Positions 20,368 through 29,892 of a DNA stretch of 64,000 bases are shown piece by piece (positions within the stretch are counted from its first letter, which is position 1; each line of letters starts with the position of its first letter). Origin of the DNA: Longimicrobiales bacterium (lineage in GTDB: Bacteria; Gemmatimonadota; Gemmatimonadetes; Longimicrobiales; Gaopeijiaceae); the NCBI GenBank assembly GCA_965202985.1, contig CBDBCF010000001.1, forward strand, positions 1,216,001 to 1,280,000, given 5' to 3'. The notes below the pieces were generated by a model. The model ran no database searches. It had not been told where the DNA came from and saw nothing but the letters and a program-made list of their open reading frames with translations. Both the position numbers and the translations under genes were made by a program.

Positions 20368-21159
20368 ATGAGAGCCACCGACGCCTCGACTGTTGGAGCC
20401 GCCGACCCCTTCGACGAGGAAGGCTTCGACCGGGACGGCGACTCGCTCGGCGGCGACTCCGGCGCCGGCGACTCCCGCGGCGGACGCTCGGGCGGCGCGT
20501 GGAGGAAGCTGGCGTTCCTGGGCGGATTCGCGGCCTACTTTGGGGCCGTGTGGTTCCTGTGGGACACGCCGGTCATCTACCCCGTCAAGCTGTTCGTGGT
20601 CATGCTGCACGAGATCAGCCACGGCTTGGCGGCGCTGGCCACCGGCGGGACGATCGAGCAGATCGTTCTGGACCCGCACCAGGGCGGCGCCTGCTACTGC
20701 CCCGGCGGCAACGCGTTCCTGACGCTGTCCGCGGGCTACCTGGGAAGCCTTCTGTGGGGCTTGGTGCTGCTGTCGGCGGCCTCGGCGCCTCGCATTCCCA
20801 ACCGCGCCCTCCTGTTCGTGGTGGGGGCGGCGGTGCTCGCGCTCTCGGTGCGCTACGTCGGGAACGGATTCGGCCTTCTGTTCGGCATCGGCTTCGGCGC
20901 GGCGATGATGTTCGCCGGCTGGAAGCTGTCGGCCGGTCCCAGCCGCGTGCTGCTCACCGCCCTAGGGCTGACCAGCTGCCTGTACGCCATCCTGGACATC
21001 AAGAGCGACGTGCTCGACCGACCCCACCTACGGTCCGACGCCGCCATGCTGGCCGAGATGACGCCCGGCATCACCACGACGACCTGGGGCGTGGTGTGGA
21101 TATCCATCGCGCTGGCGGTGAGCGGGCTGGCATTGGTGCGGGCTTACCGGGCGGCGTAG
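20368..21159 (+). CDS. M50B-like membrane metallopeptidase
   Basis: HEISH, SAGYLG, SDA motif, multiple TM helices. Confidence 0.85.
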   Translation: MRATDASTVGAADPFDEEGFDRDGDSLGGDSGAGDSRGGRSGGAWRKLAFLGGFAAYFGAVWFLWDTPVIYPVKLFVVMLHEISHGLAALATGGTIEQIVLDPHQGGACYCPGGNAFLTLSAGYLGSLLWGLVLLSAASAPRIPNRALLFVVGAAVLALSVRYVGNGFGLLFGIGFGAAMMFAGWKLSAGPSRVLLTALGLTSCLYAILDIKSDVLDRPHLRSDAAMLAEMTPGITTTTWGVVWISIALAVSGLALVRAYRAA

Positions 21160-21191
21160 GGGACCGGGCACTCGTCGGGCGGCGGACCGAC

Positions 21192-22304
21192 CTAATCCGC
21201 TCCGTTCAAGGTGAGGCGCCATATCTGAAGGCGAGGTGCGAGGGAGGCGCCGTCCTCTCGCGAGGCAGCCCATCCGGCGCCAACGAACAGGAAGGCCTCG
21301 TCAAAGGTGGCCGAAGCGATCACCCTGCCGGCTACCGGATCAATCACCTCGACGACCGTGTCGAACACGTTGTCCAGGTGGTTGGGAAGCGTATACTCGC
21401 CGAACTCGGGATGAGCGTCGTCCGCCGTCTTCACGAGACCGGCCGGCCAACCGTTGGACGCCACGCTGATCATTATCCACAACCGTCCCGGTTGGTCTTC
21501 GGCGACACCGATGATTCTGGGCAACGCGGGCTCCTCCGGATTCGTACGCGAGCCCTGGACGTGCTCGGGAAACCACTCCGCGTTGCGAACCAGCGATCGC
21601 AGCTTGCCGCCCGTCGCGGGATTCCACAGGTCGACTTGGTACTTGGAGTAGTGCGCGGACCACACGGTACCGTCCCGCCCGCGACCAACGTTGCGCATCA
21701 GCTTCACGTCCGAGCCGGGAGTTCCGTATCCCCCGGACAGCTCGTCAAATGATCGAACCGCATTGCCTCTTCCGTTGACAGTGTGCAATGCATAGCCTAT
21801 GCGATCTTGGGTGGGCACCACCATGTTGACGACATAGGTCGAGTCGTCGAGAACCGCGGCGTCCCAGTGGGGAATCCCCGGAAGAACGAGGGTTCTCCCC
21901 ACGTCGAGACTGCTGTCCAGCACGGTAAGCCGCCGCGCTTGGCCGTCGAACACGTACAGCTGGCCACCGTGAGGCCTGACCCACCGAACGTACCTGTATT
22001 CTCCCGGCCCCTCGCCGGCGCGACCGACGCGTTCCGCGCTGCCGCCCGTTGCGGGGTAGACCATGAAGCCGGCGCCGTCGTAAGCCGAAGCCAGCACGGT
22101 GCGGCCGTCTGCCATCCGCCGCAGGTCGGACCCTGCACCCGCATCGTCCAGCACGATGTCGCGAGTCGCCTCGATGGTGCACGCCCGGCAGGGAGAGTGA
22201 TCGAGGACGAGATTGACCTGGGCGGTTGCCGGAGAAGCGGCGCAAAGAACCAAGAGCCCGCCCAATGCTGCCGCGTTCAGGAGCTTGGGGGACATGGACG
22301 TCAT
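21192..22304 (-). CDS. Secreted 6-bladed beta-propeller/NHL-like protein
   Basis: Signal peptide ending ATA-Q, CRAC, VGRAGEGPGEY, DTVVEVIDP. Start overlaps the upstream stop (ATGA). Confidence 0.8.
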   Translation of the reverse strand: MTSMSPKLLNAAALGGLLVLCAASPATAQVNLVLDHSPCRACTIEATRDIVLDDAGAGSDLRRMADGRTVLASAYDGAGFMVYPATGGSAERVGRAGEGPGEYRYVRWVRPHGGQLYVFDGQARRLTVLDSSLDVGRTLVLPGIPHWDAAVLDDSTYVVNMVVPTQDRIGYALHTVNGRGNAVRSFDELSGGYGTPGSDVKLMRNVGRGRDGTVWSAHYSKYQVDLWNPATGGKLRSLVRNAEWFPEHVQGSRTNPEEPALPRIIGVAEDQPGRLWIMISVASNGWPAGLVKTADDAHPEFGEYTLPNHLDNVFDTVVEVIDPVAGRVIASATFDEAFLFVGAGWAASREDGASLAPRLQIWRLTLNGAD

Positions 22305-22816
22305 TGTTCCTGCGGGTCCTGGTTCTGGGCGGCCAGCGCCAAGGCCTCTGGAGACCGGAGCGGGAGGTGGACCAGGACTGCGTCGCCACACGCCTTCGCC
22401 TGTATCGCCGACCGATGCGGAAGATAGTAGAGACGACTGTTGAATGGACGGCGACGGACGAGCCGATATGCCTCCGCCTCGTCGCCGTCGGCCAGGGCCT
22501 CCAAGACCCCGGCGAGCACCACTTCGATGGCGTCCTCTTCCTGCTCTTCGGAGCGGAGGCAGCCCAGCGAGATGGGATGTCGCTCGTTGCAGGGCCCCGT
22601 GTTCACGCAGGACATGTGAGTGCCCGCCCCGACATCGTGCACGGCCGTGTCGTCTCCTGGAAAAGCCACGTTTCCGGCATCGCCGTCGCCGGCGTGGCAG
22701 AGCGAGCAGTGGACGCAGCCTTGCGCGGCCGCCGGCGCAGGGGCCGCAACGCTCGCCAGAGCCAGAGACAGCAGAACCAGGACGATTCCACGGCACGCAG
22801 GTTGCATCGAGAACAT
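22301..22816 (-). CDS. Secreted Cys/His-rich protein with CxxCxxCH motif
   Basis: RBS AAGGAGG, signal peptide ending AAA-Q, then GCVHCSLCH...HMSC...C..H.....C. Confidence 0.75.
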   Translation of the reverse strand: MFSMQPACRGIVLVLLSLALASVAAPAPAAAQGCVHCSLCHAGDGDAGNVAFPGDDTAVHDVGAGTHMSCVNTGPCNERHPISLGCLRSEEQEEDAIEVVLAGVLEALADGDEAEAYRLVRRRPFNSRLYYLPHRSAIQAKACGDAVLVHLPLRSPEALALAAQNQDPQEQ

Positions 22817-22947
22817 CTCATCCTCCTTGAGCTGTGGGCGAGTGCGAGCCCCGCCGGTGCGTCGATCGGCAGAATCGGTCTGCCCGTGCGCTTACGAGAA
22901 CGCAGTTTCCGGCGAAGATAATGGGTCAAATTCTGCCATCCTGGCGA

Positions 22948-23013
22948 CATTTCCGACCGCACCCTCCTGTTCGTAGTGGCCGAGATGACGCCCGGCATCG
23001 CCACAACGACCTG
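22948..23013 (+). repeat. Internally deleted duplicate of M50 gene segments
   Basis: 22948-22979 matches 20793-20824 at 28/32; 22977-23013 matches 21050-21086 at 35/37. Confidence 0.85.
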
Positions 23014-23017
23014 ACGC

Positions 23018-24157
23018 TTGGTCTGGACTGTCCGTCGCGCTGGCCGCGAAGGGAGCGGGAATCGAAGTCGCCTCGTAAACGCATGTCGTGCTAGAGAGGA
23101 CGTCCCGCATACGCCGGCCACATCGGCGGACGTGCCGGACCAGGAAGTTCGGTTCCTGATCGCGTACCTTCCGCTCGAGTTCGCGGCCAAGTCCACGGGC
23201 GAGCAAGAAGGGACAGCGAGGGACCTCTTCGAGAACCACGGGAAGCGCACCCGCGACTTCCGCAATGGCCTTGGACTCGCCGTGCCGTCGGCCAACCAAG
23301 TCGAGAGCCTTCGCCGCTCTGTCCGCTACCTGACAGCCGTCGAGCGAGTCCGGCAGAGGTGGCGGCAGCACAACCTTACAGATGCGCAGAGAGGTCAGCT
23401 CAGAGAACGAGACGCCACCGAAAGGACGGCGGTCGAATCCGCGCTGCTTAAGCTGTACGAAGAAATCCGCTTGCCGACGACGGACAGCGGTTCGCTGTCG
23501 CTGGATGCCGTCGGCATGAGAGGCCGGCCGCTCCAGACGACCCTCGACGAGAGGAAGCGCGCCCGGATCCATGATCGCTTGATGGAGCTGCTGACGATGG
23601 TGCACCGCAGGGTCTTCGAAGACGTGGCGCCGGGGAAGATCGTCGAGCTGTTCAGGTTGGGAGAAGTCGAGTCCGCCGAGCCGGGAATCCCGACCTCCCG
23701 GGTGGTTGCCGGGTTCTTCTCCTTCCTTGGTTTCCCGCGCTTGCTTTCCGGCAACGTGGTGCGCAGAGCCATTGCCCGTGGCGTCGAAAACGGCCTCTTC
23801 GGCTACTTCACGGGCCGACCGACCCTTGGCGAGGACGGCCGGTATCGAATCGACACGAGCCAGGTCGCCGTCGGTCGCGGCGTAGCTGAGGACGAAATCG
23901 ATCTCGATTCCGGGTTCCTGATCCTCCCCGCCGCGCTTCCCGCCCAGCCCGCGGAAGCTGTTGACGGAGCGGAACTGTGGTCAAAGCCCGAGCCCGGTAC
24001 CGGACTACTGGTACGCGAGACGCCGGACAGCCCCGAGCCAGGTGCTCCGACGACGCCTGCCACCCTGGATGAGCACGCTGTCGCCCTCTCGTTCAGCGCA
24101 GACCGGAGCGCCCTCTACGGCGCGTGGAACGCGCCGGCGACGTCTCGAAGGTCCTGA
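23018..24157 (+). pseudogene. C-terminal fragment of a DUF499-family ATPase
   Basis: SADVPD...RTRDFRNGLGLAVP and FLGFPRL...RAIARGVENGLFGY resemble the DUF499 C-terminal half. No P-loop and no credible start. Confidence 0.6.
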
Positions 24158-24371
24158 AGTCGCGGATCCGCGCCGGTACCTGATAGCCAGATCCCCTGGA
24201 CGCGGGCCTTTGGAGCTCCTGCGACTGCCCCCTCCGCCGACGGAAGGGAATGTGACGTACTGTCAAAGAGCTGGTCAAATAGCAGGACACGATAATATGC
24301 TCATCTTGCGTAACTTCCTATGAGTCAACATTTTGTATCGTCATGAACCGTGCCAAACAAGGAGCCACAAA

Positions 24372-25553
24372 ATGGACTGGAACTGCTTCGGCTTCCACTA
24401 CCGGATCGGCTTGCCCCCTCGGCAGTTCCAGGCGCTGCTGGTCAAGATCGACGGCTGCCGGGAGGCGTTTCGCAGCCTCGTGATGCCGCCGGAGTGGAAG
24501 GACCGCCTCGACCGGCTCAACCGCATTCGTGCGGTCAAGGGGACCACCGGGCTGGAGGGCAACCCGCTGTCCGAGGAGCAGGTGGCGGAGGTGCTGGACG
24601 ACGAGACGGGGGCGGCCGCAGGTACGATGGAGCGGCTTCAGGCTCGCAACGCTGGAATCGCGCAGGGCTGGGTGAGGCACCGGTTCGGTGGCGATGGACC
24701 GCCGCTAGCCGCCGAGGACATCCTCCACATGCACGAACTGATGACGACCGGCTCGGATGAGGCCAAGAACATGCCGGGCCGCCTGCGAACTCACGACGTG
24801 CAGGTCGGAACGCCCGCGCTAGGCGGGGTTCACCGGGGCGCACCGCACGCTCGAATCGAGCGCCTGATGAGCGAACTCGTCGCCTTCGTCAACTCGCCCC
24901 AGCTGCGCGACGAACATCCCGTCGTCCGAGCCTTCCTGGCTCACTTCTTCCTGGTGACCATCCATCCGTTCGGCGACGGAAACGGTCGAGTGTCCCGGCT
25001 CGTGGAGTCTGCCGTCCTGTACGAAGGCGGCTACAATGTCCACGGCTTCTACGGCCTGTCGAATTTCTTCTACCGCCACGGAGACGAATACAAGCGGCTC
25101 CTGCAGCTATGCCGACGCCGACGCCCCTTCGACGTGGGGCCGTTCGTCGAGTTCGGACTGGAGGGGTTCGCGAGCGAATTACGGGGCATCAGCAATTTCG
25201 TCCAAACGAAGCTCAACCGCTTGGTCTACCGTGACCTGATGACGAGAGCCCTAGCCATCCGAATCGGAAAGCGCCGCCGACTCCTCAACGGCCGAGAGTA
25301 CAGCCTGCTCCTCTTCTTGCTTGAAGAGACAGAGCCCGAGGATCCCTTCGCCGCCGCTCCTTCGCGCCAAGTGCCGCTGGCGGAACTCCTGCGGTCACCG
25401 TTCGTGCGCGAAGTGTACCGCGACGTGACTCGTCGCACCTTCATCCGGGAATTGCACCGCCTCCACGAGAACGGGTTCATCGGCTTCGCCTTCAACGCGG
25501 AGTCCGAGAACTACACGGTGGAGATCGACTTCAGCGCGATCGGCCGATACTGA
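24372..25553 (+). CDS. Fic-family protein (class II-like, N-terminal autoinhibitory motif)
   Basis: HPFGDGNGRVSR; TTGLEGN inhibitory motif; RBS AAGGAG; C-terminal HTH-like segment. Confidence 0.9.
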   Translation: MDWNCFGFHYRIGLPPRQFQALLVKIDGCREAFRSLVMPPEWKDRLDRLNRIRAVKGTTGLEGNPLSEEQVAEVLDDETGAAAGTMERLQARNAGIAQGWVRHRFGGDGPPLAAEDILHMHELMTTGSDEAKNMPGRLRTHDVQVGTPALGGVHRGAPHARIERLMSELVAFVNSPQLRDEHPVVRAFLAHFFLVTIHPFGDGNGRVSRLVESAVLYEGGYNVHGFYGLSNFFYRHGDEYKRLLQLCRRRRPFDVGPFVEFGLEGFASELRGISNFVQTKLNRLVYRDLMTRALAIRIGKRRRLLNGREYSLLLFLLEETEPEDPFAAAPSRQVPLAELLRSPFVREVYRDVTRRTFIRELHRLHENGFIGFAFNAESENYTVEIDFSAIGRY

Positions 25554-25636
25554 CTCTTGGAAGGCATTCGTCAGGCACTGGACCAAACAGGCGGCCAGCT
25601 CTGGGCCGATTCGGGCACGGACGCGCCACCTCTCGA

Positions 25637-25666
25637 TTGCGCAAGGGGTCCCGTTTGCGCTAGACT
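25637..25666 (+). promoter_or_regulatory. Candidate sigma-70 promoter of the OLD/UvrD operon, overlapped by an inverted repeat
   Basis: TTGCGC-18 nt-TAGACT; GCGCAA-N10-TTGCGC at 25639-25660. Confidence 0.5.
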
Positions 25667-25769
25667 TGGGTTCGCCAGTGCTCCCCAGACTGTTCCCCAG
25701 TCCATCGGCGACGGCGAAGAAGCGGCTGTGTCTAATCGAACCGACGAAGGAGGGAGGGAGTAATTTCGA

Positions 25770-27692
25770 ATGCGCGTGACCAGAATCGAGATCCGCAATT
25801 TTCGCTCAATACGCCATCTCGTTGTCGACTTGGGTGAAACTACGGTGTTCGTGGGCCCGAACAACGCTGGCAAGACCGCGATCCTCGATGCGCTGCGCAT
25901 CGCACTCACGCGGCGATGGGGACAACGCGGGACTGGGTTCACCGAATACGACGTTCATCTCGCCGGCCATGACGACGACCCGAAAGCCTCCCGCGGCATA
26001 AGCATTGAAATCCATGTGCAGGAATCGGAGCCGGAAGAATGGCCCGACGGCGTCTCGGGAGATCTCGAACAGATCGTGCAGCTCGACCTGGCCACTGGTC
26101 GTCGCTCCATCGCTCTGCGGACGCGGTGCGCTTGGAGTGAGGAGAGCGGTGCGTTCGAGCCCATCTGGGAGTTCCTCAACGCCGCCCGCGATCCGCTCAC
26201 CGGACGAGGCACCCGTCGCGTCAATCTCGAGCGATTCTGGCGCTACCTGCCGGTGTTCTACCTGGACGCACTGCGGGACGTGGGCGACGAGTTCTCGCCG
26301 CGCTCGCAGTTTTGGGGACGGCTGCTCAAAGCAATGGAGGTTCCTGCCGGCCTGGAATCGCGAGCGCTTCGTGTGCTTGATCTGCTCAACCGCCGCCTAC
26401 TGAAGGCCGACCCGCGCCTGCAGGAGATAGCTGGAACGTTGGCCGGCACCACTCGAATCGCCACGCACGACCGGGAAGGCGGATTGAAACTGCGCATGGT
26501 CCCGCTCAAGATGTGGGACCTGCTCTCCAAGGCAGAGATCATCCTGCGCAACGAACCGGATTCGCCGTGGCTGCCGCTACGACGCCAGGGTCAGGGCATT
26601 CAGAGCCTCTCGGTGATCTTTCTGTTCCAGGCATTCGTAGAGCATCTCGTGCGTGAGCTGTACGAACAGGACAGTGAGCCGGTGCTCGCCTTGGAAGAGC
26701 CGGAAACACACCTGCACCCGCAGGCGGCTCGCACTTTGTGGGCCCACGTGCGAGACCTGCCCGGCCAGAAGATCGTCACCACGCATTCGCCGTATTTTGT
26801 TCAGCATGTGCCATTCCGGGATCTGCGCCTGGTACGGCTCACGCGGAAGGGGACCCAGGTGAAGTCACTACCCGCGAGCTTCTCTGCTCCCGTTCCCCCG
26901 CTCGATGGTCTCGACAAGGTGGTGGACAAGTCGGGAGGCGGTCTGAAGTACGAGCACGCATCGGAGATACTTACAGTCACCGGAGTGCTCGAAGAACAGA
27001 CCTATCGCGCCTTGCTCCGCTGTTGCGACAAGCATGAACGGCGAGCCGAAATCGAGAGCACCTTGAGAGACCTGCGGGATCGATCCTCATTCCATATCGG
27101 CGATGACGAGCTTCAGGCGCTGGAGACGTACGCCAGGAGGATGCGTGGAGAGATCTTCTTTGCGAAACGTTGGCTCATTGTCGAGGGACAGGCGGACTAT
27201 TTGATCGTCCATGCGCTGGCGCGCGCAATGGATTACGACGTGGATTCGCGTGGCACAGCCGTGATCGACGCGAAGAACAATGGCAACCCGGCTACGTTCG
27301 CGGCTCTCGCGCGGGCGCTCGACATTCCTTGGCTGGCCGTATTCGACGGGGACAGGGCGGGAGAGAACTACGTGAGGGATATTGCCAAACGTAGGTTCCC
27401 AGACGAGGAGGTCAAGAGACGATGCCACACACACGAAGCTGGCGATCTCGAAGCGCAACTTGTGGCCAGCGGGCTTGACTCCGAGCTGCGAGAAATCCTG
27501 GCGGAGTTGGGCGTTAAGGATGCTGCCGATCTGACAAATGACGAGCTTCTGGCGCGGATGAAGCAGGACAACAAGATGAAGACCAGTTGCGCCGCTCTAC
27601 TGGCCGTCCGCTTTCAAAAAAACCCGGATTCGGCGTTGCACGCACCTCCGGCGTTCCGAAAAGCGATCAAACAACTGCCGGAGCTGACGTAA
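25770..27692 (+). CDS. gajA: OLD-family ATP-dependent endonuclease (ABC ATPase + TOPRIM), GajA-like
   Basis: IRNFRSI, GPNNAGKT, LEEPETHLHP, TTHSP, LIVEGQAD, FDGD. Confidence 0.85.
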   Translation: MRVTRIEIRNFRSIRHLVVDLGETTVFVGPNNAGKTAILDALRIALTRRWGQRGTGFTEYDVHLAGHDDDPKASRGISIEIHVQESEPEEWPDGVSGDLEQIVQLDLATGRRSIALRTRCAWSEESGAFEPIWEFLNAARDPLTGRGTRRVNLERFWRYLPVFYLDALRDVGDEFSPRSQFWGRLLKAMEVPAGLESRALRVLDLLNRRLLKADPRLQEIAGTLAGTTRIATHDREGGLKLRMVPLKMWDLLSKAEIILRNEPDSPWLPLRRQGQGIQSLSVIFLFQAFVEHLVRELYEQDSEPVLALEEPETHLHPQAARTLWAHVRDLPGQKIVTTHSPYFVQHVPFRDLRLVRLTRKGTQVKSLPASFSAPVPPLDGLDKVVDKSGGGLKYEHASEILTVTGVLEEQTYRALLRCCDKHERRAEIESTLRDLRDRSSFHIGDDELQALETYARRMRGEIFFAKRWLIVEGQADYLIVHALARAMDYDVDSRGTAVIDAKNNGNPATFAALARALDIPWLAVFDGDRAGENYVRDIAKRRFPDEEVKRRCHTHEAGDLEAQLVASGLDSELREILAELGVKDAADLTNDELLARMKQDNKMKTSCAALLAVRFQKNPDSALHAPPAFRKAIKQLPELT

Positions 27693-29674
27693 TGGACAGT
27701 CCGCTAGAGACGTCTCTTCAGGAATTGACAGACATCCAGCGCCAAGCGGTGGATTGGGACGGTGGAGCCTTGCTCGTGCTGGCCGGACCCGGCTCCGGCA
27801 AAACCCGAGTTCTCACTTGCCGAATCGCCCGCCTGCTGGACTCATCGCCGGACCGGCGCTTTCGCATTTTGGCCCTGACGTTCACCAACAAGGCGGCGAA
27901 CGAGATGGCCACTCGCGTGGGCGCCCTCGTTCCAGGGCTGGAGAGCCGTGCTTACATTGGAACATTCCATGCCTTCTGTGCGCAGGTTCTCCGGCAACAC
28001 GGCGTGCACTTGGGTATCAAGCCCGACTTTGCCATCTATTCGGAGACCAAGGATCGGCAGGCGGTGCTGGAAGACGCGCTCGGCCGTGACGACGAGCGGG
28101 GTTGGAGCGGCGAGCACTTGCGATTTCTTCCCTTGATCGATCACCTCAAGACTCGACTCGTGGATCCCGAATCGGCGGAACAGTACATCCGAACAACAAA
28201 TGGCCCGGCTGCCGACGACGCCGGTCACGTTGCCCGAGCCTACCGTCTCTACGAAGAAGAACTACGACGCATAAATGCACTCGACTTCAACTCGCTCATT
28301 CTGGATGCGTACCGCTTGTTTTCCTATCAGACCATGGCCCGCCAGTACCGAAGGACATATCGATACTGGCTGATCGACGAATTTCAGGACACCAATAGTG
28401 CTCAATACAAACTGTTGCGACGAATGGCTGGCAACGACTTTCGCGAGCTCTTCGCAGTAGGCGATGACGACCAGACGATCTTCGAGTGGAACGGGGCCAG
28501 CGTGCGCAGAATCGGCGATCTCGTGGAGGACTTCTCCTGTGACGTGGTCCAACTACCAACGAACTTCCGCTGTCCGCCACACATCGTCGAGGCCGCGAAC
28601 CGCCTTGTCGTGTACAATTCACACCGTCCAGTGTGGAAGCAGCCCGCCGCGCCGGCAGGAGCGCAGGGCTGTTCCGCTTCCTTGGACGAGGAGCAGATTC
28701 AGTGTCGCCAGTTCGAAACGAACGAGGCAGAGGTTGCGGGCATCGCGGACGAAATCGCGCGCCTAGATGCCGCGGCCCGAGGGCGAACCGCCGTGCTGGC
28801 TAGAACCCGATTCCTCCTTGAAGCAATGCACGGTGCTTTGGCCGCCAAGGACGTGCCCGCGATGATCACAATGCGTCGTGACGATTTCTTGTCTCCGCAG
28901 ATGCGGTGGCTCGTTGCCTGTCTGAAGCAGATCGCTCGGCCACTGGACCGACGCAACATGGCCGTGCTGGTCGAGGCGTTCGATCAATTCGCCCCTTCGC
29001 CCCTGGATTGGGACGAACTCGTGTCGCGATCGGAATCCGACCGACTCACTTGTCTTAAGGTGTGGACGGATGCGGTGAGCGATGCCGATATGCCGCGCCC
29101 CGTCGTCGCAATGGTGAACGTAGTTGCCGGCCTCGCCGCCGGAGCGGTCGGTCTCGCCGACGCCATCGAACAGCTTCTCGACCACTTCGACAACAACGAT
29201 CCAAACGACGGCGACAACCTTATCAAGGACGACCTGAGCGCATGGCGCAGGATTCAGCGCGAAATCAGGGACGTGCAGGGGCTAGCGTCGCTCGACCATT
29301 TCCTGCAGGAACTGCAGCTTCGATCCAAGGAGCCGGTGCCGGTGCCCGGGACGGTATCGCTGACTACCATTCACGGCGCCAAGGGACAAGAATTCGACAC
29401 GGTGTACCTGATCGGCATGGCGGAGGACATCTTGCCGTCGTGGCACAGCGTGAAGAAGGGCAACGGCAGTGCCGCGCTGGAAGAGGAGCGTCGCGGGTGT
29501 TTCGTGGCCGTCACGCGCGCCGAAAAGCGCCTCGTTCTGTCGTGGGCTGGGGAGTACCGCGGCTGGCCAAAGGCGCCCTCCCGATTCCTCAAAGAGATGG
29601 GCTGTCTCGAGCATGGGCCTCCCGCAACGGCTTGCGGGGACCGGATGACGGCGGCAGGGGCGACTGACGGGTGA
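27692..29674 (+). CDS. gajB: UvrD/PcrA-like SF1 helicase, GajB-like
   Basis: AGPGSGKT, DEFQDT, VGDDDQTIF, NFR, TIHGAKGQEF, EERR..FVAVTRA. TAATG coupling to the OLD gene. Confidence 0.85.
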   Translation: MDSPLETSLQELTDIQRQAVDWDGGALLVLAGPGSGKTRVLTCRIARLLDSSPDRRFRILALTFTNKAANEMATRVGALVPGLESRAYIGTFHAFCAQVLRQHGVHLGIKPDFAIYSETKDRQAVLEDALGRDDERGWSGEHLRFLPLIDHLKTRLVDPESAEQYIRTTNGPAADDAGHVARAYRLYEEELRRINALDFNSLILDAYRLFSYQTMARQYRRTYRYWLIDEFQDTNSAQYKLLRRMAGNDFRELFAVGDDDQTIFEWNGASVRRIGDLVEDFSCDVVQLPTNFRCPPHIVEAANRLVVYNSHRPVWKQPAAPAGAQGCSASLDEEQIQCRQFETNEAEVAGIADEIARLDAAARGRTAVLARTRFLLEAMHGALAAKDVPAMITMRRDDFLSPQMRWLVACLKQIARPLDRRNMAVLVEAFDQFAPSPLDWDELVSRSESDRLTCLKVWTDAVSDADMPRPVVAMVNVVAGLAAGAVGLADAIEQLLDHFDNNDPNDGDNLIKDDLSAWRRIQREIRDVQGLASLDHFLQELQLRSKEPVPVPGTVSLTTIHGAKGQEFDTVYLIGMAEDILPSWHSVKKGNGSAALEEERRGCFVAVTRAEKRLVLSWAGEYRGWPKAPSRFLKEMGCLEHGPPATACGDRMTAAGATDG

Positions 29675-29856
29675 TCGGGCGAGATCATGGGCTCCACGAA
29701 GTCGGCAACGGGGCAGGGCGACCCGAACGGCCACTTCAGGGCCGATCGAGGTGCGTCGCGCCCGGACGCTTCCGACCCCCTCCCCCTTTTCCCAGGGACC
29801 GCGCCCACGCTCGTCGCCCCGGACCGCGATAGCTGACGCCCCCACCCAGCCCCCCA

Positions 29857-29886
29857 TTGACCCGCCCCGACCTCAGGGGTTACCTT
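29857..29886 (+). promoter_or_regulatory. Candidate sigma-70 promoter
   Basis: TTGACC-18 nt-TACCTT. Confidence 0.55.
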
Positions 29887-29892
29887 GCGAGA

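Noticed and set aside
18102..21752. 1216-aa plus-strand ORF and similar long ORFs (11896-14511, 39794-41953, 52678-55161, 55235-57844, 59608-62313)
   Set aside because: Antisense or off-frame shadows of well-supported genes in high-GC DNA; Arg/Gly/Pro-rich with no motifs.
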